A stretch of 64,000 nucleotides of DNA, taken from assembly GCA_021791545.1 (NCBI GenBank), contig JAJYWL010000016.1:87545-151544 (forward strand), given 5' to 3'. This DNA is from a bacterium. Lineage in GTDB: Bacteria; Patescibacteriota; Microgenomatia; Levybacterales; UBA12049. The notes under the pieces were generated by a model that did not search any database, was not told where the DNA came from, and saw only the letters and a program-made list of their open reading frames with translations. Of the stretch, positions 28,691 through 37,226 are shown piece after piece. Numbering within the stretch: position 1 is the first letter of the stretch; the number at the start of each line of letters is the position of its first letter. The translations under genes were made by a program, and so were the position numbers.

Positions 28691-29122
28691 ATGAATAAAA
28701 ACAGTCTTTATCTAGTAATAGGTGCTTTTGTAATCTTGATTCTTGTAGTTTGGGGATGGATAATTTTACACCCCTCAAAAGGAAAACCTATTTTCAGCTT
28801 TAATATTTCTCGTCCTACATTAAAGCCTTCTCCTACTCAATCTGGTCAGGCTCCTTCCGGTACAATTACCCCAAATACCACTTTATCGGGTAGTCTTGTA
28901 AGGAAAGGTCCTTCATCGGGAGAGGCCATAGGTTCCTGGCAGATATCCTCGGGAAATCGAATCGTAAAAATATTTATTACCCCTCAAAGTAAGTGTAACT
29001 ATGGGAAGGGACTTCAATTACCTTGCTCCGAAGAAAGTTTTCAAAACGGGGAAAACGTCAGTGTCAGCGGAGTAATGTCGGGGGATAATCTTATAATTTC
29101 GGCAATGTCTTTCTCTGGTTAA
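28691..29122 (+). CDS. hypothetical membrane-anchored/secreted protein
   Basis: N-terminal TM segment and an S/T/P-rich region. No recognisable family. Confidence 0.4.
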   Translation: MNKNSLYLVIGAFVILILVVWGWIILHPSKGKPIFSFNISRPTLKPSPTQSGQAPSGTITPNTTLSGSLVRKGPSSGEAIGSWQISSGNRIVKIFITPQSKCNYGKGLQLPCSEESFQNGENVSVSGVMSGDNLIISAMSFSG

Positions 29123-29125
29123 CTT

Positions 29126-29920
29126 ATGGAAGCAATAATCAAAGTAGAAAATCTTATTAAAAAATTTTCCAGTTTTACTGCAGTAGATAATATCTCTTTT
29201 AATATTGAAAAAGGAGAAAGGTTTGCATTCCTGGGTCCTAATGGAGCAGGTAAAAGTACAACTATAAAAATGCTTACAACTCTTCTTGACCCCACAAGCG
29301 GAACAATAGAAATTAACAGTTACAATCCAAATAAAAACAAAGATCTAGTGAGAAAATCTTTCGGGATAGTATTCCAAGACCCAAGCCTAGATGATGATTT
29401 AACAGCTTTGGAAAATATGGAATATCATGCAGTTTTATATAACATTCCTGCTAATCTAAGAAAAAAGCGAATAGAAGACCTTCTAAATTTTGTGGAGCTT
29501 TGGGATAGGCGAAATGATCTTGTAAAAAATTTTTCCGGAGGAATGAAGAGAAGGCTTGAGATAGCAAGGGGACTTTTACATCATCCCAAGATACTCTTTT
29601 TAGATGAGCCAACTTTGGGTCTAGATCCACAAACTAGAAATCACATGTGGAACTATATTAAGGATGTAAATAATAAAGAAGAAATGACAGTATTTTTTAC
29701 CACACATTATATGGAGGAAGCAGAAAAGATGGCGCAAAGGATTGCGATTATAGATAAAGGTAAAATAATTGCGATGGGAACAGCCGAAGAGTTAAAGAAA
29801 AAGACAGATACAAAAACCCTTGAAGATGCTTTTCTTAAACTAACCGGACATGAGATTAGGGAAGAAGAGGCGGGGGGAATTGACAGGATGAGAATGATGA
29901 GAAGGATGCATGGAAGATGA
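29126..29920 (+). CDS. ABC transporter ATP-binding protein
   Basis: Walker A (GPNGAGKST), ABC signature (FSGGMKRRLEIA), Walker B (LFLDEPT). Confidence 0.85.
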   Translation: MEAIIKVENLIKKFSSFTAVDNISFNIEKGERFAFLGPNGAGKSTTIKMLTTLLDPTSGTIEINSYNPNKNKDLVRKSFGIVFQDPSLDDDLTALENMEYHAVLYNIPANLRKKRIEDLLNFVELWDRRNDLVKNFSGGMKRRLEIARGLLHHPKILFLDEPTLGLDPQTRNHMWNYIKDVNNKEEMTVFFTTHYMEEAEKMAQRIAIIDKGKIIAMGTAEELKKKTDTKTLEDAFLKLTGHEIREEEAGGIDRMRMMRRMHGR

Positions 29921-30663
29921 AAGTAGTTTATATATTGTGGCTTAGGCAACTTAAAAAATATGTGAGATCCAGGTCAAGGATCATAGGGTCTTTAGGACAA
30001 CCTGTTTTATTTTTGATAGCTTTTGGTTTTGGTTTTGGCCCGGTCTTCCAAAGAGCAGGACAAGGAAATTACATTAATTTTTTGGCTCCGGGAATAATAT
30101 TAATGAGTGTTCTGTTCACGGCAATATTTTCAGGTATAGATCTGATTTGGGACAGACAGTTTGGATTTTTAAAAGAAACAATGGTTGCTCCGGTCTCAAG
30201 GTTTGAAATAATGTTAGGGAAAACTGCGGGAGGTGCAACAGTCGCAATGATACAGGGAATAGTTGTTTTTCTTTTAACATTAATTATTGGTTTCAGGCCT
30301 CATAATATTGCTATGCTTCCTACGGCTTTTTTGTTTCTTGTATTGGTTGCTTTACTTTTTACATCTCTAGGTACAGTTATCGCATCTACTCTTGAAGATA
30401 TGCAAGGATTCCAGTTAATTATGAATTTCTTGGTAATGCCAATATTCTTTTTATCAGGTGCTCTGTTTCCTCTTAATGGGTTGCCTTCCGCTTTAGCTCT
30501 TGTTACGAGAATAGACCCCTTAGCCTATGGAATAGACGGATTGAGAGGAGCTTTGATAGGTCAAAATATTTTTTCTTTAACTACCGATTTATCTATTTTG
30601 CTGGTTATTACCTTAGTTTTACTTTTATTAGGAAGTTATCTTTTTGAGAGGATTCAAATTTAA
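29917..30663 (+). CDS. ABC-2 type transporter permease
   Basis: Six-TM ABC-2 family pattern. It is translationally coupled to the upstream ATPase. Confidence 0.7.
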   Translation: MKVVYILWLRQLKKYVRSRSRIIGSLGQPVLFLIAFGFGFGPVFQRAGQGNYINFLAPGIILMSVLFTAIFSGIDLIWDRQFGFLKETMVAPVSRFEIMLGKTAGGATVAMIQGIVVFLLTLIIGFRPHNIAMLPTAFLFLVLVALLFTSLGTVIASTLEDMQGFQLIMNFLVMPIFFLSGALFPLNGLPSALALVTRIDPLAYGIDGLRGALIGQNIFSLTTDLSILLVITLVLLLLGSYLFERIQI

Positions 30664-31364
30664 ACCATTTCTTTTTCACTCATTAAGGTAAAAAGTTCGT
30701 AATCGGAACCACTCCAGTCTTTTCTTTCTAAAAATCTTTCCCAGTCTTTATGTTGGGTTTTATGTTCCTTTAGCGCTTTTATTTTAATTTCTTTTGTTTC
30801 CTTGATATCAACCAATGTTGTTATTTCGCTGTCCTTAGTTCCTTTTACCTTGCCGAAGGCATTGTAGCCAAGTCCCATTTTTTCAAATTTTTTAATCATA
30901 CTTCTGGGGCTTGCCGTATGGTAGAGCCTTACGTGTTTTGTAGCTTCTTTTTTGTATTGTTCGAATACTCTTGTGGCAGCTCTTGAAATGGCTTTATGGT
31001 CGGGATGATTGGATCCTCCAAACTTATCAAAGGTAATAATGACATCTGGCTTTTCTTTCTTTACGACTTTTAATATCTTTTCGTCAATTTCTTTATTTTT
31101 TATATACCTTAATCTTCCGTCCCAAAAACCCAAGAAGTAAATTTTTGATATTCCTAGAATTTTTGCAGCATTTCTCAGTTCCTGTTCTCTGACTTCTCCG
31201 ATTTTTTCTTTTGTGGTAATCGGTGGATCTCCAACCATTCCTTCCTCGCCCCTGGTAGCTGTTGCCAAGTTAACCTTGTGACCCATTGAGGTTAACTTTG
31301 CAATTGTTCCACCACTCGAAAAAGTCTCATCATCGGGATGTGCAAATACCAACAAAAATTTCAT
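30660..31364 (-). CDS. PIG-L family (LmbE-like) N-acetylglucosaminyl deacetylase
   Basis: AHPDDE zinc-binding motif at the N-terminus (LLVFAHPDDETFSSGGT) and a later HPDH motif. Confidence 0.75.
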   Translation of the reverse strand: MKFLLVFAHPDDETFSSGGTIAKLTSMGHKVNLATATRGEEGMVGDPPITTKEKIGEVREQELRNAAKILGISKIYFLGFWDGRLRYIKNKEIDEKILKVVKKEKPDVIITFDKFGGSNHPDHKAISRAATRVFEQYKKEATKHVRLYHTASPRSMIKKFEKMGLGYNAFGKVKGTKDSEITTLVDIKETKEIKIKALKEHKTQHKDWERFLERKDWSGSDYELFTLMSEKEMV

Positions 31365-31413
31365 ACTAAAATTATTACATTATTTTGTTAAAATTGCATT
31401 AAAATAGAAGAGG

Positions 31414-32568
31414 ATGAAAATTTATAACAGCAGGACCAGGAAAAAGGAAGAATTCAAGCCCCTCAAGAAAGGGGAAGTTACGTTATATGTATGTGGAATT
31501 ACCCCTTATGACACTACCCACTTGGGGCATGCATTTACTTATATTTCTTTTGACGCTGTCGTTAAGTACCTAATCTACAAAGGATATAAAGTAAATTACA
31601 CACAAAATGTAACGGACATTGATGATGATATTTTAAGAAAAGCTAAAGAAGAAAAAGAGGACTGGAGAAAGCTTGGTAATTTTTGGACAGAAAAATTTCT
31701 TGAGGATCTTAAATTCTTAAATATTTTAATTCCGAATCATTATGTAAAAGCGACAAATTCTATAGATGAAATAATAGAAATAAATAAAGATCTTTTTAAA
31801 AAAGGAATGGCATATGAAAATGGAGGAAACCTTTATTATGATGTATCAAAATTTAAAAGTTATGGAAAACTTTCTAAATATTCAAAAAGGCAAATGTTAA
31901 TTCTTCTTAAGGAAAGAGGAGGAGATCCCAACGATCCATTAAAGAAAAATAAACTGGATTTTATTTTGTGGCAAAAGTCTAAAAAAGGGGAGCCATTTTG
32001 GGAAAGTCCTTGGGGTAACGGAAGACCCGGTTGGCATATAGAATGTTCGGCAATGGTCAGAAGATTCTTGGGAGAACAGATAGATATTCATGGAGGAGGA
32101 AAAGATCTTATATTTCCCCATCACGAAAGCGAAATTGCCCAATCAGAAAGCTATACGGAGAAGGAGCCTTTCGTTGGTAAATGGATGCATACGGCAATGG
32201 TAATGTGCAGCGGAGAAAAAATGTCTAAATCGCTAGGAAATCTGGTAATGGTTTCAAAGCTAAGCAAAAAATATCCGTCAAATGTAATAAGGTGGATGCT
32301 TTTGTCTAACCATTACAGGATGCCTTGGGAATATGACGATTCTCTAATGACTATTGCCAAAAAGGAATATTCAATGATAGAAAAAATACTTGAAAAGAAA
32401 GGAAATTATTCGGTAAATCCAAAAGCCGTTAAGAAATTCGAAGAATTTATGGAAGATGATTTTCAAGTGCAAAAAGTATTAAGATTTGTCCTGCGTCTTT
32501 CTGGGAAAGAGGAAAATAAAGAAACTATAAAGATGATATTAGAAATTTTAGGCTTTAAAGTGATATAA
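31414..32568 (+). CDS. cysteinyl-tRNA synthetase homolog (384 aa) lacking most of the anticodon-binding domain; CysRS or MshC-like cysteine ligase
   Basis: HIGH-type motif (TTHLGHAFTY) and KMSKS are present. CysRS zinc ligand positions are conserved (CGITPYD, HIECS, HGGGKDLIFPHHESE). Only about 115 aa follow KMSKS, versus about 190 in E. coli CysRS. Confidence 0.7.
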   Translation: MKIYNSRTRKKEEFKPLKKGEVTLYVCGITPYDTTHLGHAFTYISFDAVVKYLIYKGYKVNYTQNVTDIDDDILRKAKEEKEDWRKLGNFWTEKFLEDLKFLNILIPNHYVKATNSIDEIIEINKDLFKKGMAYENGGNLYYDVSKFKSYGKLSKYSKRQMLILLKERGGDPNDPLKKNKLDFILWQKSKKGEPFWESPWGNGRPGWHIECSAMVRRFLGEQIDIHGGGKDLIFPHHESEIAQSESYTEKEPFVGKWMHTAMVMCSGEKMSKSLGNLVMVSKLSKKYPSNVIRWMLLSNHYRMPWEYDDSLMTIAKKEYSMIEKILEKKGNYSVNPKAVKKFEEFMEDDFQVQKVLRFVLRLSGKEENKETIKMILEILGFKVI

Positions 32569-32575
32569 TTTTTTC

Positions 32576-33130
32576 ATGTTACCTAAAAGACTTTTACTCC
32601 TCTGGCTTCCTTTTGTAATAGTCTCAACTGTTTTATGTGGTCTTGTCTATCTTTCCGTTCAGCAAAATTATAGAATGTCGGCGAATGATCCCCAAATTCA
32701 AATTGCAGAAGATATAGCTACAGGTTTTCAAACAGGTATGACTTCTCCTCAGGCGTTTGTTTCTCCTTACAAAATAGACATGGCAAATAGTCTAGGTACC
32801 TTTGTTATGATTTTTGATAAAAACAGAAATAATGTTGCTTCAAATGTGCAGGTAGATGGAAAAACCCCAAGTTTACCAAAAGGAGTTTTTGATTATGTAG
32901 ATAAACGAGGGGAAAATAGATTTACCTGGCAACCAAAACCAGGAGTAAGAAGCGCCGTGGTAGTAGTTTCATATAAAGATCAGAAAGAACAAGGTTATAT
33001 TTTAGTAGGAAGATCTATGAGAGAAGTTGAAATAAGAGAGGAAAATCTTACTAAAATGATTTTTGTATTTTGGTTAGTTTCTCTTATAGGAACGTATATA
33101 CCCCTTTTCCTCCTAAGAAAAACAAAATAA
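32576..33130 (+). CDS. hypothetical protein with N- and C-terminal TM segments
   Basis: Hydrophobicity pattern only. Confidence 0.4.
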   Translation: MLPKRLLLLWLPFVIVSTVLCGLVYLSVQQNYRMSANDPQIQIAEDIATGFQTGMTSPQAFVSPYKIDMANSLGTFVMIFDKNRNNVASNVQVDGKTPSLPKGVFDYVDKRGENRFTWQPKPGVRSAVVVVSYKDQKEQGYILVGRSMREVEIREENLTKMIFVFWLVSLIGTYIPLFLLRKTK

Positions 33131-33223
33131 CTTCAAGCAAAATCTTAAATTATTCTTACTTGTTTCTTTCGCCTCTTTCTACTTTGGTTAATAGAATGTC
33201 CTAGAGTGGAAGGAGGTGTATTT

Positions 33224-33397
33224 ATGAAAAGAAAAGCAATTGTTATGACAGCGGCTGCACTTTCGTTTCTCTTTGCAGCAGGAGTTGTATTCGGACAAAC
33301 AGCGACTCCTACAACAAGCCCTACTCCAAAAGTTAGCCCTACTACTACGAGTGGGACTACCCCAAGTAGTGCTCCGGCAACAGGTTTTGGGGGTTAA
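33224..33397 (+). CDS. small secreted Thr/Pro-rich peptide (57 aa) ending ...SAPATGFGG
   Basis: AGGAGGTG sits 6 nt upstream of ATG 33224. Signal-peptide-like N-terminus (MKRKAIVMTAAALSFLFAAGVVFG). The mature part is about 33 aa of T/P/S-rich sequence. It lies immediately upstream of the sortase. Confidence 0.4.
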   Translation: MKRKAIVMTAAALSFLFAAGVVFGQTATPTTSPTPKVSPTTTSGTTPSSAPATGFGG

Positions 33398-33407
33398 CAG
33401 TATGTTG

Positions 33408-33433
33408 AACAGGTACTATAATTGGTACCTGTT
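33408..33433 (+). terminator. perfect 9-bp inverted repeat (AACAGGTAC-TATAATTG-GTACCTGTT) followed by GGTTTTA, between the small peptide gene and the sortase; weak terminator/attenuator
   Basis: Read directly from the sequence. Confidence 0.35.
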
Positions 33434-33439
33434 GGTTTT

Positions 33440-34018
33440 ATGAAAAAAGTATTATCTTTAGTCCTTATATCCTTAATAGTAATTTTTGCAGGAATAAAAA
33501 TAGGGGGAATATTTAGAGATAAAAGGAATGATAATACTCAGATAAAAAATACTGCAGTATCGGTTACTCCTTTTCTCTCCGAGCCTTCCAGGATTGTTAT
33601 TCCTAAAATAAATGTTGATGCAAATATTGAAAGCGTGGGATTAGATAATAAAAACGCGATGGATGTGCCAAAGAAGGTGGAAGATACTGCTTGGTATAAC
33701 CTTGGGAAGAAGCCCGGAGAAGTTGGAAATGCGGTGATAGATGGACATTATGATACTCAGACAGGTGCACCGGCAGTTTTTTATTACTTATCAAAATTAT
33801 CAAAAGGTGACGAGATAATAATTTATGCTAAAGACGGTTCGAAAAAGATATTTAAAGTGACAGAGGGAAAATTTTATCCTTATAATACTTTTCCAATACA
33901 ATACGTTTTTGGACCTACAAACAGAAAGAGGCTTGAATTAATAACATGTGGAGGAGTCTGGGATAAAACATCAAGAAATTATTCTGAAAGATTTGTCGTG
34001 AGTTCGGAAATGGAATAA
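33440..34018 (+). CDS. sortase (transpeptidase), membrane anchored
   Basis: N-terminal TM segment, catalytic His (VIDGHYD), TLXTC-type Cys motif (LITCGG), and Arg (ERFVV). The ATG at 33440 is preferred over the TTG at 33422. Confidence 0.75.
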   Translation: MKKVLSLVLISLIVIFAGIKIGGIFRDKRNDNTQIKNTAVSVTPFLSEPSRIVIPKINVDANIESVGLDNKNAMDVPKKVEDTAWYNLGKKPGEVGNAVIDGHYDTQTGAPAVFYYLSKLSKGDEIIIYAKDGSKKIFKVTEGKFYPYNTFPIQYVFGPTNRKRLELITCGGVWDKTSRNYSERFVVSSEME

Positions 34019-34022
34019 ATAA

Positions 34023-34775
34023 ATGAGCGGAACAATTAATAAAATGAAAAATTTTTACATTGGAACTTCAGGTTACAATTATAAACATTGGAAAGAAGTT
34101 TTCTATCCTCGCGGACTTTCTTATTCTAAGTGGTTAAATTATTATTCCCAACATTTTTCTACGGTTGAAATTAATGCTACATTTTACGGCAATTTTAGAA
34201 GAACTGTTTTTGAGAAATGGAAAGAAGAGACAGGCGATGATTTTATATTTACCCTCAAAGGACCAAGGTTAATCACTCATACAAAGAAGTTAAATGATAT
34301 TGATGAAAGTTTAGGGATATTCTTGGGGAATACGGAAGGTTTAGGTAAAAAGTTGAATATGATTTTATGGCAATTCCCTCCAAGTTTTAAGTGTGAAACA
34401 GAAACGTTAGGCAGATTAAAAGAATTTAGAAATAAGCTCCCAAAAAACATAAGACAAGCTTTTGAGTTTAGGCATAAATCTTGGTATGAAACTAATATGA
34501 AAGAAGAATTACAAAAAAATAAAATAAATATTGTTATTGCCCAATCTAAAAGATTTCCTGAAGAAAAGAACATAAACGGAGACTTTTATTACATAAGATT
34601 TCATGGACCTCAAAGACTGTATTCTTCATCTTATTCTCCTAAAGAACTTTTGGAGTGGGCTAACTTTGTAAAGAACGAAACAGATAATAAAGATGTTTAT
34701 TGTTACTTTAATAATGATGTTAGGGGATTTGCAGTAAGAAATGCTAAAGAGCTTAGTGCGTTAGTTATTTCTTAA
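34023..34775 (+). CDS. DUF72 (YecE-like) family protein
   Basis: The N-terminal FYIGTSGYNYKHW and the overall pattern are typical of DUF72. Confidence 0.7.
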   Translation: MSGTINKMKNFYIGTSGYNYKHWKEVFYPRGLSYSKWLNYYSQHFSTVEINATFYGNFRRTVFEKWKEETGDDFIFTLKGPRLITHTKKLNDIDESLGIFLGNTEGLGKKLNMILWQFPPSFKCETETLGRLKEFRNKLPKNIRQAFEFRHKSWYETNMKEELQKNKINIVIAQSKRFPEEKNINGDFYYIRFHGPQRLYSSSYSPKELLEWANFVKNETDNKDVYCYFNNDVRGFAVRNAKELSALVIS

Positions 34776-37226
34776 TTTAATCCTTTCATTTATTTGAAGT
34801 TTTTCTAATGCTATCGCCAGATCTGATTCCTCATCTAGTACGGGTGACCAAATATCGCCTATTTTTTCAAGTCTTTCAAATATGTTTTCAATATTAAAAT
34901 CTTTTGGGTTAAGACCTATCTTTACTTCTTCCCATCTTAGTGGTGTCGATACAGATGCTTTTTCAACAGGCTTAAGGCTATATGGCGCAGCAATTGTTTG
35001 TCCATCTCTATTCTGTAGGAAATCAAGATAAACTTTTTTCTTTCTGTTTTGTGGATTTCTTTCAACGCTAGTGAAACTGGGAATTTTTCTATGAATTATT
35101 TTGCATAAAATTTCGGCAAATTGTCTGCTTTGTTTGAACGAATATCTTGATTTCAATGGAACGAAAATATGAAGTCCTGTTGCTCCCGATGTTTTACAAT
35201 AACTATTAAGGCCCACTGCGTCTAGGATTTCTTTACTCCTTATGGCTGTTTCAACTACATAATCAAAAGATATGTCGAGTGGATCAAGGTCTATTACCAG
35301 ATAATCTGGTTTATCCAGACTGATAATTCTTGAAAACCATGGATTTATCTCAATGCATCCGAGATTTGCCATATAGACCAGAGTTTCTTTGTTTTGACAA
35401 ATTATGTAATTAATATTTTTTTCTTCCGACCCGGAATAAATGTCTTTAGTTTCAATCCATTTAGGAAAAAGTCCTCTTGTATCTTTTTGCCAGAATTTTT
35501 CTCCATTAATCCCATTTGGAAATCTATGAAGATTTTCAGGTCGATCTTTAAGGTAGGGAAGGATATAGGGCGAAATTTTATAGTAAAATTTTACGAGGTC
35601 TCTTTTGGTATAACCATCAGTTGGCCAATAAGTTTTTTCAAGATTAGAAAGTTTAAAATTTATCTTTTCGTCTTTTACGGTTTTTGCATTAACTGCTTTT
35701 TCTTTTCTTACGTTTTTTGGATCAAGGTCTTCCCTAAATCCTAAAAATTTAGGCTGACGCATTACTCCTTCATTTGTCCATTCTGTAAACTCCACCTCGC
35801 AAACAATAAGGGGTTTAATCCATGTAACCGGCATATCGGTTTTGGGAGGGCTTAAAAACGGACTTTCTTTTTGGCTAAGGTTTTCAAGCTTTTCTCCAAT
35901 TTCTTTCAATTCTGTATCGTTAAATCCTCCTCCCGAATTCCCTATATATATAAAATTTTTTTCATCATCATAGACACCAAGAATAAGAGAACCAAAGTAT
36001 TTTCTTGAACCACGTGGTTTAGTAAATCCTCCTATTACGGCTTCTTGTTGAAGGCGGCTTTTTATTTTTACCCAGTCTTCTGTTCTTTTTCCCTCTAAAT
36101 ATCTACTTTCCAAATTTTTTCCTATTATTCCCTCAAGTTTTTGTTTTGCTGCGGCATTAAAAAATGAAACTCCTCTTTCACTAATGAAATCGCTAATTTT
36201 TATGTTAGGAAGGTTGGGAAGTACATTCTTTAGTATGTCTTTCCTTTTATATAAAGGAAGATTTGTTAGATCAGAATCTTTGAAATATAGAATATCGAAT
36301 ATGTAATATACTAAATTTCCTTTTTCGGATCTTACAAAATTTTGAAGAAGCTGAAAACTTGATTTCCCATTTTTATCTAAGACTACGACTTCACCGTCCA
36401 AAATCATGTTTTCTTTTATTTCCTTTAAAGATTCTTGAATAGGTTTAAATTTTTCGTTAAAAGAAATATTATTTCTTGAAAGTAAGTTTGCCTTTCCATT
36501 ATTTATTACAGAAATTATCCTATAACCGTCCCATTTAATTTCAAATATCCAATTTCTGTTGTCAAAAGGATTTTTTATGAGGGTTGAAAGCATGGGCTTG
36601 ATAAAATCAGGCATTTTCTTTTTTGTAGCTCCGTCTAAATTTAGCGATTCTTTTGGTTTTTCTCCATTTTTTATTTCGTCCATACTTCTTCCGGTTTTTA
36701 CAGAAAGGTCCTGTTTTATGAGTTCATCTTCGTTTGCAAATTCATCTTTTCCTTTCATCAGCATCCATGAATTTTCGGAAGTATTTATTTTAAATAAGTG
36801 ATATTCCCCCTTAATTTTATTGCCGTTTAAGATTATCTTAAGATTTCCTTTTTCAAGTTCATCCAGTAATGTTTTCCCAATATCTCCCTTTGTCTCCAGC
36901 GGCATATAATTGCCCTGGTCCCAAACCATTACTGTACCCGCCCCATAATTTCTTTTTGGAATTGTTCCTTCGAAATCTCTGTAGTCGTACGGATGGTCTT
37001 CCACCATCATTGCGAGCCTTTTTATATTGGGATCGGAGGATGGTCCCTTGGGTATTGCCCAACTTTTGAGAACTCCTTCCATTTCCAAGCGGAAATCGTA
37101 GTGAAGATGAGAAGCTTGGTGTTTTTGAATAACAAATCTTAGGACACCCTTATTTTTTGTTGGTTTTCCTTGTGGTTCGGGCGTTTCATCAAATCTTCTT
37201 TTTTCATTATATTTGGCTAGGCTCAT
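34761..37226 (-). CDS. ligD: ATP-dependent DNA ligase D (NHEJ) with phosphoesterase, ligase and primase-polymerase domains
   Basis: N-terminal PE domain (RFVIQKHQASHLHYDFRLE). Ligase motif I KxDG (EIKWDGYR). C-terminal LigD polymerase domain. Confidence 0.85.
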   Translation of the reverse strand: MSLAKYNEKRRFDETPEPQGKPTKNKGVLRFVIQKHQASHLHYDFRLEMEGVLKSWAIPKGPSSDPNIKRLAMMVEDHPYDYRDFEGTIPKRNYGAGTVMVWDQGNYMPLETKGDIGKTLLDELEKGNLKIILNGNKIKGEYHLFKINTSENSWMLMKGKDEFANEDELIKQDLSVKTGRSMDEIKNGEKPKESLNLDGATKKKMPDFIKPMLSTLIKNPFDNRNWIFEIKWDGYRIISVINNGKANLLSRNNISFNEKFKPIQESLKEIKENMILDGEVVVLDKNGKSSFQLLQNFVRSEKGNLVYYIFDILYFKDSDLTNLPLYKRKDILKNVLPNLPNIKISDFISERGVSFFNAAAKQKLEGIIGKNLESRYLEGKRTEDWVKIKSRLQQEAVIGGFTKPRGSRKYFGSLILGVYDDEKNFIYIGNSGGGFNDTELKEIGEKLENLSQKESPFLSPPKTDMPVTWIKPLIVCEVEFTEWTNEGVMRQPKFLGFREDLDPKNVRKEKAVNAKTVKDEKINFKLSNLEKTYWPTDGYTKRDLVKFYYKISPYILPYLKDRPENLHRFPNGINGEKFWQKDTRGLFPKWIETKDIYSGSEEKNINYIICQNKETLVYMANLGCIEINPWFSRIISLDKPDYLVIDLDPLDISFDYVVETAIRSKEILDAVGLNSYCKTSGATGLHIFVPLKSRYSFKQSRQFAEILCKIIHRKIPSFTSVERNPQNRKKKVYLDFLQNRDGQTIAAPYSLKPVEKASVSTPLRWEEVKIGLNPKDFNIENIFERLEKIGDIWSPVLDEESDLAIALEKLQINERIKLRNN

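Noticed and set aside
33422-33439. TTG start for the sortase as given in the track
   Set aside because: It would place the start inside the inverted repeat. The downstream ATG at 33440 gives a standard MKK…TM N-terminus and is preferred.
34100-34112. TCGCGGA heptamer resembling the 3' end of tRNA-Asn as a possible island att repeat
   Set aside because: Only 7 nt match and it lies inside the DUF72 coding sequence, so it is not credible as an attachment-site duplicate.
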